Assembly: GCA_964373805.1 (NCBI GenBank)
Contig: CAYJWF010000002.1
Coordinates: 13,861-77,860 of the forward strand
Direction of reading: 5' to 3'
Source: an uncultured Planctomycetia bacterium
GTDB taxonomy: Bacteria; Omnitrophota; Gorgyraeia; 1-14-0-20-64-10
DNA length: 64,000 nucleotides
A model generated the notes under the pieces. It did no database searches and was not told the DNA's origin. It saw only the letters and a program-made list of their open reading frames with translations. Both the position numbers and the translations under genes were made by a program. Positions 27,959 through 36,920 of the stretch are shown one piece after another; the stretch's first letter is position 1; each line of letters begins with the position of its first letter.

Positions 27959-28633
27959 TTACAGGGATTCGAGGAACTTGTAGCCGACGTTGCGGACGGT
28001 GTCGATGAGGCTGGCGTACTTGGGGCCCAGTTTGGCCCGGAGGCGGCGGATGTGGACATCCACGGTCCTCGTACCCCCTATGAAGTCGTAGTCCCAGACC
28101 TGGTTAAGGAGCTGATCGCGGCTGAAGACCCGGGTGGGGTGGGTGGCCAGGAATTTCAAGAGCTCAAACTCCTTGTAGGTGAGCTCCAACGGTTCGTCTT
28201 TTAAGGTCACCTCGTATTGATCGACGTCCAATCGGAGATCCCCAATCTCAATGCCGGTCCCTGGGGCAGCGTGATTGAGGCGCTTCAGCACAAACCGAAT
28301 TCGAGTCTCCAACAGCTCTGGATCCGCTGGACCTACGAGGAAATCCTCCAACCCGCTGATCGATGGAAGCTCCCTAAGATGATCTGGCTTCAAGAGGACC
28401 AAAAGTGGCAGATCTTTCGCCGGTGGTTGGCTCCGCAGCCGAGCCACCAGCTCCGCCAATCGGCCAACGGCTGTCGCATCGAGAAGCCCAAAGTTGAACC
28501 GGTCCTTGACCTCTTCCAGCCGGTCCAATTCGTCAACGGAAAAGGCGCTCACCCGAAAACCTCGCCGAACCAGGTAGCTCTTCAGCCGCTTTAAGCCGGC
28601 CTCCTCAGAACCGATCAACAGTAAGGTTTCCAT
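27959..28633 (-). CDS. OmpR/PhoB-family winged-helix response regulator with atypical receiver domain; orphan (no kinase adjacent)
   Basis: C-terminal wHTH LTYKEFELLKFLATHPTRVFSRDQLLNQVWDY...TVDVHIRRLRAKL; receiver lacks the usual N-terminal DD acidic pair (LLLIGSEE). Confidence 0.7.
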   Translation of the reverse strand: METLLLIGSEEAGLKRLKSYLVRRGFRVSAFSVDELDRLEEVKDRFNFGLLDATAVGRLAELVARLRSQPPAKDLPLLVLLKPDHLRELPSISGLEDFLVGPADPELLETRIRFVLKRLNHAAPGTGIEIGDLRLDVDQYEVTLKDEPLELTYKEFELLKFLATHPTRVFSRDQLLNQVWDYDFIGGTRTVDVHIRRLRAKLGPKYASLIDTVRNVGYKFLESL

Positions 28634-28653
28634 AGCGGATCAGCGCTCGTTCG

Positions 28654-30363
28654 TTAAAGGGATTTCTCCGTGTACCGGTTGGTGATCGGCATCCGCCGAT
28701 CCTTGCCAAAAGCCCTAGGGGTTATTTTAATCCCAATCGGGGCCTGCCGGCGCTTATATTCGTTTAAGTCGATCATTCGAAGGACACGGTCTGTCTCACG
28801 AGGAGGGCTTTTAAGCCTCCGTCGGATCTCCGAGGCAGTTTGATTCTCCTCAACGTAGGCCTTGACGATGGAATCCAGCCGATCGTACGGAGGCAACGTA
28901 TCCTGATCCCGTTGGTTCGGCCTCAACTCCGCGGTGGGAGGCCGCCGGAAAACCGATTCCGGGATCACCGGCTTGCCAAAGATTCGGTTGGCGGTCCGAC
29001 CCAAACGATAGACCCAGGTCTTAGGCAGATCTTTAATCACCGCGAATCCCCCCACCATGTCGCCGTAAAGGGTGCAGTAACCGGTGGAAAGTTCCGACTT
29101 GTTCCCGGTGGCCAAGGCCAGCCAATGGAACTTGTTGGCGAGGGCCATCAAGAGAGTTCCCCGAATCCGGGCTTGGAGATTTTCCTCGGTGACGTCGACC
29201 GGTCGATCCCTAAAGACCGGTTTCAAGGTAGCGAGAACCGTTTGGAACATCCGCTCGATGGGAATTTCCAAAAACGGGATTCCGAGATTCAACGCCACGG
29301 CCTTGGCATCGGCTTGGGTCTCATTGGAAGAGTAACGGGAAGGCATGGAGACCCCGGTGACCGCTTCCTTTCCTAACGCGGCGACGGCGACGGCCGCGGT
29401 CAGGGCCGAGTCGATTCCTCCGCTTAGGCCGATCACCACGTGGGAGAAACCGTTTTTCCGAACGTAATCCCGGGTGCCTAAGACCAGGGCTTGAAAGACC
29501 TCTGCATCGGAATCCAGAACCGTCAAAACGGTGTCTGACACCTCGCGGCTGCGAGAAGCGGTGCCAGACACTTTGAGAGGAACTTCCACGAGAAACAAGC
29601 CCTCTTGAAATTGGGGAGCCCGAAATACGATCCTCCCCGAAGGGCTGGCGACCAGGCTTCCCCCATCGAAAACCAACTCATCCTGGCCACCGACTAAGTT
29701 GACGTAAACCACCCAACTCTTACACCGACCGGCCCAATCCTGGATAAGCCGCTCCCGTTCCCGGAGCTTGCCGGCATGGTACGGCGAGGCCGACAGGTTG
29801 ACCAGGATCTGAGCCCCCGCCTTCGCCTCGGCCAAGGGAGGCCCGGTTTTAACCCAGATATCCTCACAGATCGACACTCCAATAAGAACGGTACCAGGTA
29901 CATTTTTCGCGAAACTTTTATAAAGTTGAGCCGTTTTTGTACCTGGTACCATTTCTACGACAAGTGGATCGCCACCCGGGGTGAAGTACCGCTTCTCATC
30001 GAACACCCCGTAGTTGGGGAGCATCATCTTGTGGTAACCCGCCGCCCTGCGGCCGTTGGACAAGACGGCGGCCGCGTTGTACAGCGAGCCCTTCTGGTCT
30101 CTATCGACAAAACCAACGAGCGCCGTGATCCCTCGGGTTAAGGGGACCAACTTTTTCAGTGAGGCCAAATTCCCTCGGATAAAGGCCGGGTTAAACAAAA
30201 GGTCCTCCGGCGGATAGCCGGTCAAGGCCAATTCTGGAAAGACCACGAGATCCGCCGCCTGTTGTTTCGCTTGGGCGAGAAAACAAGCGATTTTCGTGCG
30301 GTTCCCATTTAAGTCCCCGACGGTCACGTTGATCTGGGCCAAGGCAATCCTCAACTTCCTCAT
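28654..30363 (-). CDS. nadE: Glutamine-dependent NAD+ synthetase (N-terminal nitrilase/CN-hydrolase domain + NadE domain)
   Basis: 569 aa; LRIALAQINVTVGDLNGN (CN hydrolase), SGGIDSAL P-loop of NAD synthetase. Confidence 0.9.
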   Translation of the reverse strand: MRKLRIALAQINVTVGDLNGNRTKIACFLAQAKQQAADLVVFPELALTGYPPEDLLFNPAFIRGNLASLKKLVPLTRGITALVGFVDRDQKGSLYNAAAVLSNGRRAAGYHKMMLPNYGVFDEKRYFTPGGDPLVVEMVPGTKTAQLYKSFAKNVPGTVLIGVSICEDIWVKTGPPLAEAKAGAQILVNLSASPYHAGKLRERERLIQDWAGRCKSWVVYVNLVGGQDELVFDGGSLVASPSGRIVFRAPQFQEGLFLVEVPLKVSGTASRSREVSDTVLTVLDSDAEVFQALVLGTRDYVRKNGFSHVVIGLSGGIDSALTAAVAVAALGKEAVTGVSMPSRYSSNETQADAKAVALNLGIPFLEIPIERMFQTVLATLKPVFRDRPVDVTEENLQARIRGTLLMALANKFHWLALATGNKSELSTGYCTLYGDMVGGFAVIKDLPKTWVYRLGRTANRIFGKPVIPESVFRRPPTAELRPNQRDQDTLPPYDRLDSIVKAYVEENQTASEIRRRLKSPPRETDRVLRMIDLNEYKRRQAPIGIKITPRAFGKDRRMPITNRYTEKSL

Positions 30364-31163
30364 AGCGCGACGATGGACATCCCTTTCCGGTCGGCCTCAG
30401 CGACGAGTTGAGGAAGCTGAAACAAGAGTGTCCGCTTCGCCTCCACCCCTAACACAGACACCCGGGCTTCCTCCATGGCTTGGATTGTTTCTAAGCCGAC
30501 CACCGGGATATCGAACCGCATATCGTGCTCCGGGCCGCAGGCCTTGACCACCACACATCCTACACCGGCCACCTCGCCTGCCCTTCGGATAGAGGCATCG
30601 GTCCCCTCCATCCCCTCGACGGCGACCACCGCTTTGCGTCGAACCACGAGAGTCTGACCGATCCCCAGTCTGGAAAGTTGTCTAGCCAACGGGAGCCCAA
30701 AGGCAAGATCGGCCTGTTCTTCTTGGGTAGGAACTCTTTGGGTCAAGGGTCCCGGACCAGGGATCCAATCCTTCAAGAACGTCCCAGAATCCAACACCCG
30801 GAACCCCTGGGCCTCTAAGTAATGGACCGCCATCTTCATCGCTGAAGTCCCGGATCGGTCCGGCAACAGCTTAAGCAACTGCTGGACCACTGCCTCAAAT
30901 CGACCCTCCCCTTGAAGGAGTCGCTCCGGCTTGATCTGACCGGCGAGGATCACCTCCTGAACCCCTTCCTTCTTCAATAGATCAGGCACCTGCCCGATCT
31001 GGGAGAAAGTCAACCAATGCATCCGATCCACTTCTTGCTCCAAGGAAGAGGAGGTTTCTTCCTTGAAACCGATCGCGACGACCTCGTAGCCTTGGGCCTT
31101 GGCCGCCCTGGCCACGTAAATGGGAAAGGTTCGGTTTCCTGCGATAATCCCAAGTTTAGGCAT
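30360..31163 (-). CDS. lpxI: UDP-2,3-diacylglucosamine diphosphatase LpxI (DUF1009)
   Basis: 267 aa; N-terminal LGIIAGNRTFPIYVARAA and C-terminal VVAVEGMEGTDASIRRAG...VVVKACGPEHDMRFDIPVVG match the LpxI family; located in lipid A cluster. Confidence 0.65.
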   Translation of the reverse strand: MPKLGIIAGNRTFPIYVARAAKAQGYEVVAIGFKEETSSSLEQEVDRMHWLTFSQIGQVPDLLKKEGVQEVILAGQIKPERLLQGEGRFEAVVQQLLKLLPDRSGTSAMKMAVHYLEAQGFRVLDSGTFLKDWIPGPGPLTQRVPTQEEQADLAFGLPLARQLSRLGIGQTLVVRRKAVVAVEGMEGTDASIRRAGEVAGVGCVVVKACGPEHDMRFDIPVVGLETIQAMEEARVSVLGVEAKRTLLFQLPQLVAEADRKGMSIVAL

Positions 31164-31198
31164 GGGAGTTGGCTAGAACCAAATGGGGTAAGACCCCA

Positions 31199-31471
31199 TC
31201 ATCCCTAGTTACTTAGCCTTCCTTCGGAAAGGGGGGTGTGTTGGGGCGTGCTGAGGAAACGGACGATCCCCCCATGGGAATTTCCCCCCAACGAGACCGA
31301 TTGCTTTTGCCTGCCTGCGCCGAGCAACGCGAGGCAGGCAGGCCGGATGGGGGAGTACGGAGGGGGAAACCAGGCAGTGGTTTCCCCCTCCGAGAGGCTG
31401 GGCGACTAACGATGGTGGCCACTCCACCGAAGCCGGGAGGCACACGATAACCGATGGATTCATCCCTAGTT
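31199..31471. repeat. Structured intergenic element (~260 bp) flanked by 12-bp direct repeats TCATCCCTAGTT (31199..31210 and 31460..31471), containing GC-rich hairpins; MITE-like or structured RNA
   Basis: Direct repeats seen; internal palindromes GCCTGCCTGC(N15)GCAGGCAGGC at 31309..31343 and GGAAACCA-GGCAG-TGGTTTCC at 31365..31385; sits between lpxC-fabZ stop and lpxI start. Confidence 0.5.
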
Positions 31472-31480
31472 GCCCAGCCT

Positions 31481-32830
31481 CTAAAGCTTCCCGTCCCCTT
31501 CCAACAAGGCAAACATGAGATCCCCCTCCGCCACGACCTTCTCCTCCACCAGGGCCCGGGTCCGCATCTGGCCGGTTTTGGAGCGAAGCTTCAGCACCTC
31601 CGCCTCCAGGCGAAGGGTGTCCCCGGGTAAGACGGTCCGCCGAAACTTGACGTTATCCATCGCCACAAAATAGGCGTACTTGCCCAGATTCTCCGGCTTA
31701 TTCAACAAGAGGATGCCCGACACCTGGGCGAGGGCCTCGATGATCATCACCCCCGGCATCACCGGACGCTTGGGGAAATGACCGGCAAAGAACGGCTCGT
31801 TGATGGTCACGTTCTTCAACCCCACCGCCCGCTGATCGGGAACCAACTCGACGATCCGATCCACCAAAAGAAACGGATAGCGGTGGGGGAGAATCCGCTC
31901 AATGGCGAAGATGTCGAGGGCGGTCGCCTCCGGTTCGACGAACTGCGCCTGGATCCCCCCTTCCCTGCCGCGCTCCAACGTTTGCCGGAGCTTCTGAACG
32001 AGCCGTAGGTTCAACGCATGGCCGGAACGGATGGCGATCACATGCGCTTGAAGGGGCCGGCCCAGAAGGTACAGATCCCCAATGAGATCGAGGACCTTGT
32101 GTCGGACGAACTCATCTGGAAAACGCAAGCGGTTGTTGATCACCCGCCCCTCGGCATCGACCACCACGGTGTTCTCGTAATTGGCTCCCCGGCCCAACCC
32201 GATGCGACGCAGCGCCTCCACCTCCTGGGCAAGACAAAAGGTTCGGGAAGGGGCCAGCTCCGTTTCCAAGAATGGAGAGGTCAAGTTCGCCGAAAAAAAC
32301 TGGGCCTTTAAACCGGGGATGGGATAGCTCAACGTGTAGGAAACGCGAAAGGCTTCGTCGGGCAACACCGCTACGATGGCCGAGTCCTCCTCGATCCAAA
32401 CCGGCTCCCGCACCGGGATCACCTGACGCGGAGCCTCCTGTTCCTGGAAACCAGCCTGCCGAAGGAGCTCCACAAAGGGATAGGCCGATCCATCGAGTCC
32501 CGGGACCTCTTCACCATTTAACTCCACGAGAAGGTTATCCACCCCGGAAGCGTAACAGCCGGCCATGAGGTGTTCGATGGTATGAACCTCAACGGCCCCC
32601 TGGCCGATCGAGGTCCGCCGAGGCCGACGAGAGGCGTCGAGGATGTTGGTGATCGAGGCGGCCACAGGCTGGGAACCGGCCAAGTCGGTCCGAATAAAAG
32701 CGATCCCATTGTCGGACGGAGCTGGCTTAAACTCCACTTGGGAACGCCGCCCGGAATGAAGGCCCACCCCTTCTACCCGGGCCGGCCGACGGATGGTGCG
32801 CTGTCGACTAAGGGGGGCCTTGTCTTCCAA
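31481..32830 (-). CDS. lpxC-fabZ: Bifunctional UDP-3-O-acyl-GlcNAc deacetylase / 3-hydroxyacyl-ACP dehydratase (LpxC-FabZ fusion)
   Basis: N-terminal LpxC (TIRRPARVEGVGLHSGRRSQVEFKPA...HTIEHLMAG) and C-terminal FabZ hotdog (ILPHRYPFLLVDRIVEL...EPFFAGHFP..PVMPGVMIIEALAQ). Confidence 0.85.
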   Translation of the reverse strand: MEDKAPLSRQRTIRRPARVEGVGLHSGRRSQVEFKPAPSDNGIAFIRTDLAGSQPVAASITNILDASRRPRRTSIGQGAVEVHTIEHLMAGCYASGVDNLLVELNGEEVPGLDGSAYPFVELLRQAGFQEQEAPRQVIPVREPVWIEEDSAIVAVLPDEAFRVSYTLSYPIPGLKAQFFSANLTSPFLETELAPSRTFCLAQEVEALRRIGLGRGANYENTVVVDAEGRVINNRLRFPDEFVRHKVLDLIGDLYLLGRPLQAHVIAIRSGHALNLRLVQKLRQTLERGREGGIQAQFVEPEATALDIFAIERILPHRYPFLLVDRIVELVPDQRAVGLKNVTINEPFFAGHFPKRPVMPGVMIIEALAQVSGILLLNKPENLGKYAYFVAMDNVKFRRTVLPGDTLRLEAEVLKLRSKTGQMRTRALVEEKVVAEGDLMFALLEGDGKL

Positions 32831-33914
32831 GCTGCTTCTCCAAGGCCGCTATCTTCCGATTCAACTCTTCTACCGCCCGGTGCAACTCGGGCAGCCGCTG
32901 AAGGGCGGCGTTCACCCGTTTCGCTTTGACCAGAGGCTTGGCCGGGGTTCCCCAGACCGAGACGTTGGCGGGGACCGACTTCGACACGCCGGCCTGAGCC
33001 CCTACGTTCACATGGTCTCCGATGGTGATGTGCCCCACCACGCCCGCCTGACCGGCGAGGACCACGTGGTGGCCTAAAACCGTGGAACCGGAGATCCCGG
33101 CTTGGGCCACCACCATACAGTTGCTTCCCATCACCACGTTGTGCGCGATCTGGACGAGGTTGTCGATCTTGGTCCCCTGGCCGACCACCGTCTTGCCGAA
33201 TCGGGCTCGATCGATGGTGACGTTGGCCCCAATCTCCACGTCGTCTTCGATCACCACGGTTCCGATTTGGGGAATCTTCTGGTGGACCCCCTCCACCGTG
33301 GCGAAGCCGAATCCATCCGAGCCGATGACCGTACCGGAATGAACCACGACCCGGTTCCCGATCTCGACCTTTTCTCGAATCGAGACGTGAGGGTAGATCA
33401 AGCAGTCGTTGCCGATGTGGGCTTGGCACCCGACGTACGCGCCGGCGTAGAGAACCGTTCGGTCCCCGATTTCGACGCCGTCCTCAATCACCACAAACGG
33501 ACCGATCGCCACCCCTTTGCCTAAATGGACCTTAGCCCCCAGAACCGCCTTGGGGCTAATCCCTTGGGGATGCTGAGGCATCACGGGCGACAAGAGGGTG
33601 ACCAGCTTGGCGAAGGCGAGCGACGGATTTTCCGTTCGGATAATCGGCTTCAAGCCGGCCGGAACCTCTGGGGAGGTAATCACGGCGGAGGCTCCTGTTT
33701 CCTTGATCAAATGGAGATATTTGGAGTTCGCCACAAAGGTGAGATCCCCGGCCTTCGCCTCCTTAATGCCGCCGAGGCCCGTAATGAGCGTCCGGCCGTC
33801 TCCAAGGAGATCTCCTCCAATGAGTTTGGCGATCTCCTTTAACGTGCGGGGTTTAAGGGCCCCGTTGCTTCTTGTAGCTCGCGTTGAGGGTTTCCAGGAC
33901 TTCGTCGGTGACAT
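32808..33914 (-). CDS. lpxD: UDP-3-O-acylglucosamine N-acyltransferase; annotated start probably too far upstream (overlaps lpxC-fabZ by 23 nt)
   Basis: TLKEIAKLIGG N-terminus, long left-handed beta-helix hexapeptide repeats (IGDRTVLYAGAYVG..., IGNDCLIYPHVSI...). Confidence 0.85.
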   Translation of the reverse strand: MSPTKSWKPSTRATRSNGALKPRTLKEIAKLIGGDLLGDGRTLITGLGGIKEAKAGDLTFVANSKYLHLIKETGASAVITSPEVPAGLKPIIRTENPSLAFAKLVTLLSPVMPQHPQGISPKAVLGAKVHLGKGVAIGPFVVIEDGVEIGDRTVLYAGAYVGCQAHIGNDCLIYPHVSIREKVEIGNRVVVHSGTVIGSDGFGFATVEGVHQKIPQIGTVVIEDDVEIGANVTIDRARFGKTVVGQGTKIDNLVQIAHNVVMGSNCMVVAQAGISGSTVLGHHVVLAGQAGVVGHITIGDHVNVGAQAGVSKSVPANVSVWGTPAKPLVKAKRVNAALQRLPELHRAVEELNRKIAALEKQLGRQGPP

Positions 33915-34467
33915 CGGTCGTTTCTTTCTCGTAATAGAGAACCGCCTTTTCGCTCAAGATGAGCTCAAATCCGTGGGCCTTGGCATAGGAGGTCACGGCC
34001 GTTTCGATCTCATCGAGGATTCGCTTCATGGATTCGTCCCATTGCTTTTTAAGGGACTCCTTGGCCTGCTGATCAAAGTTGGCGAGCCCTTTCAGCTTTT
34101 CTTCCATCTGGCCTTGACGCACCCCTCTGGCCTGCTCGTTCAAGAGGGCCAGCTCCTCTCGAAGGTTCTTGATCTCTGAGACCACCCGTTCCCGCTCGCC
34201 CTGCTTGGTATTGGAAAGCTGCTCCATCTGGGCGTTGGCGGCTTTCGTCCGCTCGTACTCCTGAAACAGTTTTTCTACGTTGACCACCCCAATCTTGTGA
34301 ACCGACGAGGTGGACTCCTCGGCGCGAAGGACAGGAGACAGAAGACAGAGAACAGAGAACAGAAAACAGAAAACAGACGGTCTGACCCCTCCCCTCTGTC
34401 CTCTATCCTCTAATATCTGATCTCTGAGATGTCCAACCTCTGACCTCTGCCCTCTGTCCTCTGACAT
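33853..34467 (-). CDS. skp: Periplasmic chaperone Skp (OmpH family); start codon uncertain because the 5' end lies in a large inverted repeat
   Basis: Signal peptide VFCFLFSVLCLLSPVLRA then coiled-coil OmpH body (KIGVVNVEKLFQEY...); lies between bamA and lpxD as in many diderms. Confidence 0.7.
   Translation of the reverse strand: MSEDRGQRSEVGHLRDQILEDRGQRGGVRPSVFCFLFSVLCLLSPVLRAEESTSSVHKIGVVNVEKLFQEYERTKAANAQMEQLSNTKQGERERVVSEIKNLREELALLNEQARGVRQGQMEEKLKGLANFDQQAKESLKKQWDESMKRILDEIETAVTSYAKAHGFELILSEKAVLYYEKETTDVTDEVLETLNASYKKQRGP
34336..34465. repeat. Large imperfect palindrome: tandem CAGAGAA/CAGAAAA heptamers (34336..34378) opposed to CT-rich complement (34398..34465) overlapping the skp 5' coding region
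   Basis: Seen directly; the two arms are reverse complements around GACGGTCTGACC. Confidence 0.6.
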
Positions 34468-34478
34468 CTTTCTTCTCC

Positions 34479-36908
34479 TTAAAAGCCCCTGCTGGCCGAG
34501 AAGTGCAGCCGTCCGCTCTTTCGTTCCCCCTTATCCGGATTGATGGGCCAACCGTAATCCAGTTTCACCGGCCCAAACGGCGTTTTAATCCGAACGCCCC
34601 CACCCACCCCTGATTTGAAACCTTCCTGGGCAAACTCCCCCACGTTGTTCCAAACGTTCCCCACATCGAAAAAGGCCGCCCCTTTCAAAAACTCTACGAT
34701 GGGAACGGTGTACTCGGCATTGAAGACCGCTAGGGCCTCTCCCCCAATGGGATCGCTGGTCACGCCATCCTTAGGGCCGATCCGCCGTTCCCGATACCCA
34801 CGGACCGAATCGGCCCCCCCGGCGAAGAATCGCTCGAAGATCGGTACCGCCTTGGAATCTCCAAACTCGTTGGCGAGTCCTACGTTTAAGTGGAATTCCA
34901 ACACCTGATTCTCCCAAAGGGGCTCGAAAAAGACCGCCCCGGAACTGGTCCACTTCCAAAAATCTTTCTGTCCGCCGAGGAACGACCCGGCGGTCTCGAT
35001 GTCGTTGTCGAGGAGGTACCCCTGCTTGGGGTTAAAGACGCTGTCCCGCGTATCCCGCGTGTATCCCAATCGAATCGAAGCGACGGTGTTCCGTCCCACC
35101 TCATCCCGCAACGCCGAGGAGGCGGTATCCGAAACTTCGCTGACCGAAACCCGCTCCAGCCGATACATCGCGTCCACCCGATCGTAATCCCCGAAGGCGC
35201 GGCCCAACCGCAGGTCACCTCCTCGGCGAGTCAAGTCGAAGCTGAAACCCTCTCCACGGGTTCGGGTCGTGTTGAACAGATCAAACCCAAAGAGGTAAGG
35301 CCGGTCAAAGACCCAGGGCTCGGTGAAGGAAAGCTCGAAATCTCGACGACGGGTACCGGCCATCACCCGAAATTTAAGTTCCTGGCCACCTCCGACAAAC
35401 GTGGGCCAGTTGAACAGATCGAAGTTTCGCTGGGAAATCTCGGCGAAGCCGATCAGTTTGTCCAAGGAGCTGAAGCCCCCTCCAAAAGAGAACTCGCCGG
35501 TCTTCGACTCCTTGACCGTTACGACGAGGTTGCGCCGGTCCGGCCGATCGGAAGGGGCGGTCTCTAAGCTCACTTCTTCAAAAAACCCCAAGTTGTACAA
35601 CCGCTCTTTGGAGCGTCGAAGCTTCTCCCCATCGAAACGCTCTCCCGGAGCGATCCGAAGTTCCCGGCGAATCACCAGATCCCGCGTCTTGACGTTGCCC
35701 TGAATCAGGATCTGACCCACATAGGCCACCGATCCTTCCGCGATCTGGTAGGTCACGTCGACGCGGTGGGTCGCGGGGTTCAGGGCCGTCGCCGGTTCCA
35801 CCGATGCGGCCATGTATCCTCTGGCGAAATAGACCGATTGCAGGGAAGCCACCTCCTGGGCCAACCGCTCCTGACTAAAGGGCTCCCCCTCGATCAGTTT
35901 CAATCGGGATTTAAGCTCCTCCACAGGAATCTGTTCCGCTCCCTTTAAGAGCGTCTGGCCCACCAGGTAGCGAGGGCCTTCGGCGATCGTCACAGCGACC
36001 GTCAGCCAACGTCTCTTCTCATCAAAGGAGGTCTCGGCCCCCACCTGGACGTCGCTGTAGCCCTCCACCCGGTAAAGCTCCTTCAGGCGCTCCACATCCT
36101 CCTCCAAGACCTCAGAGCGATAGTAGCCAGAGGTCAGCCACCCTCCCTGTTTGGTGGCCATGGCCTTTCGGAGTCGCCGATCGGAGAGACGAACGTTCCC
36201 AACGAATTGGATCCGACGAACCCGTACCTTTCGCCCTTCGGTGATGGCGATAAAGACCGTGGCCTTGTTGGTCGCCTCATCCACCTTCACCTCCTGCGCC
36301 ACCTCGACCAGGTGAAACCCCTTCGTCCGATAAAGCTGGCGGATCCTTTCCAAGTCCTCCTTCAGTTCTCGACGATCCAACAGCTCCTGTTCCTTGGTCT
36401 TCAGCTCCTCCCGAAGCTTGGCCTCTCGGAAGTGCCGACTGCCGGTGATCACGACCCCACTCACCAAGGGCCGCTCCTTGACCCGGAACCGAACGAGAGA
36501 TCCCTCCCGATAGGGCCGGACCTCCGCTGAGACGTCGGTAAAGAACCCGGTGCCGTAGAGCCTTTTGATGTCCTCATCCACGGTGGGTTGATTCACCCGA
36601 TCCCCCGGGCGGGTCTTAATCTTGGCCAGAATCGTAGCGGATGATACGATCGAGTTCCCTTCCACCTCGACCGCCGTCACCTTGCCCTCGGCCGGTGGTT
36701 CAGGAGCCTGCTGAAGAGATGGCTCTGCCCTCTCCGCCTCCTGGGAAACCGGTTCCTCCCTTGGAGGCTCCTCATCGGCCCTCGCCCCCCCACCGGCGGC
36801 TAGAAGGGCCACCAACAGATAGACGGTTCGTTTCATGGAAAGAGGAAACAGCTTAGCACACCCGACGGTCAATGGCAACGGCGGGTTCCTAGGTGGGTGT
36901 ACAGCCAA
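34479..36908 (-). CDS. bamA: Outer membrane protein assembly factor BamA (Omp85); likely true start at internal MKRTVYLL (about 36836)
   Basis: Signal peptide, Pro/Glu-rich linker, five POTRA-like segments, C-terminal 16-strand barrel ending ...HFSASRGF. Confidence 0.85.
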   Translation of the reverse strand: MAVHPPRNPPLPLTVGCAKLFPLSMKRTVYLLVALLAAGGGARADEEPPREEPVSQEAERAEPSLQQAPEPPAEGKVTAVEVEGNSIVSSATILAKIKTRPGDRVNQPTVDEDIKRLYGTGFFTDVSAEVRPYREGSLVRFRVKERPLVSGVVITGSRHFREAKLREELKTKEQELLDRRELKEDLERIRQLYRTKGFHLVEVAQEVKVDEATNKATVFIAITEGRKVRVRRIQFVGNVRLSDRRLRKAMATKQGGWLTSGYYRSEVLEEDVERLKELYRVEGYSDVQVGAETSFDEKRRWLTVAVTIAEGPRYLVGQTLLKGAEQIPVEELKSRLKLIEGEPFSQERLAQEVASLQSVYFARGYMAASVEPATALNPATHRVDVTYQIAEGSVAYVGQILIQGNVKTRDLVIRRELRIAPGERFDGEKLRRSKERLYNLGFFEEVSLETAPSDRPDRRNLVVTVKESKTGEFSFGGGFSSLDKLIGFAEISQRNFDLFNWPTFVGGGQELKFRVMAGTRRRDFELSFTEPWVFDRPYLFGFDLFNTTRTRGEGFSFDLTRRGGDLRLGRAFGDYDRVDAMYRLERVSVSEVSDTASSALRDEVGRNTVASIRLGYTRDTRDSVFNPKQGYLLDNDIETAGSFLGGQKDFWKWTSSGAVFFEPLWENQVLEFHLNVGLANEFGDSKAVPIFERFFAGGADSVRGYRERRIGPKDGVTSDPIGGEALAVFNAEYTVPIVEFLKGAAFFDVGNVWNNVGEFAQEGFKSGVGGGVRIKTPFGPVKLDYGWPINPDKGERKSGRLHFSASRGF

Positions 36909-36920
36909 ACCATGAGAGAG

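Noticed and set aside
31209-31512. ORFs 31209-31463, 31213-31512 and 31238-31450 inside the lpxI/lpxC spacer
   Set aside because: The region is dominated by hairpins and direct repeats; the ORFs are low-complexity (Pro/Gly/Arg) and mutually overlapping, so I treat the region as a non-coding structured element.
34330-34470. Tandem heptamers near skp considered as a possible CRISPR or minisatellite
   Set aside because: Units are only 7 bp, there are no spacers, and the opposite arm is their complement. It is a palindrome, not a CRISPR array. No CRISPR-like repeat-spacer pattern was found anywhere in the window.
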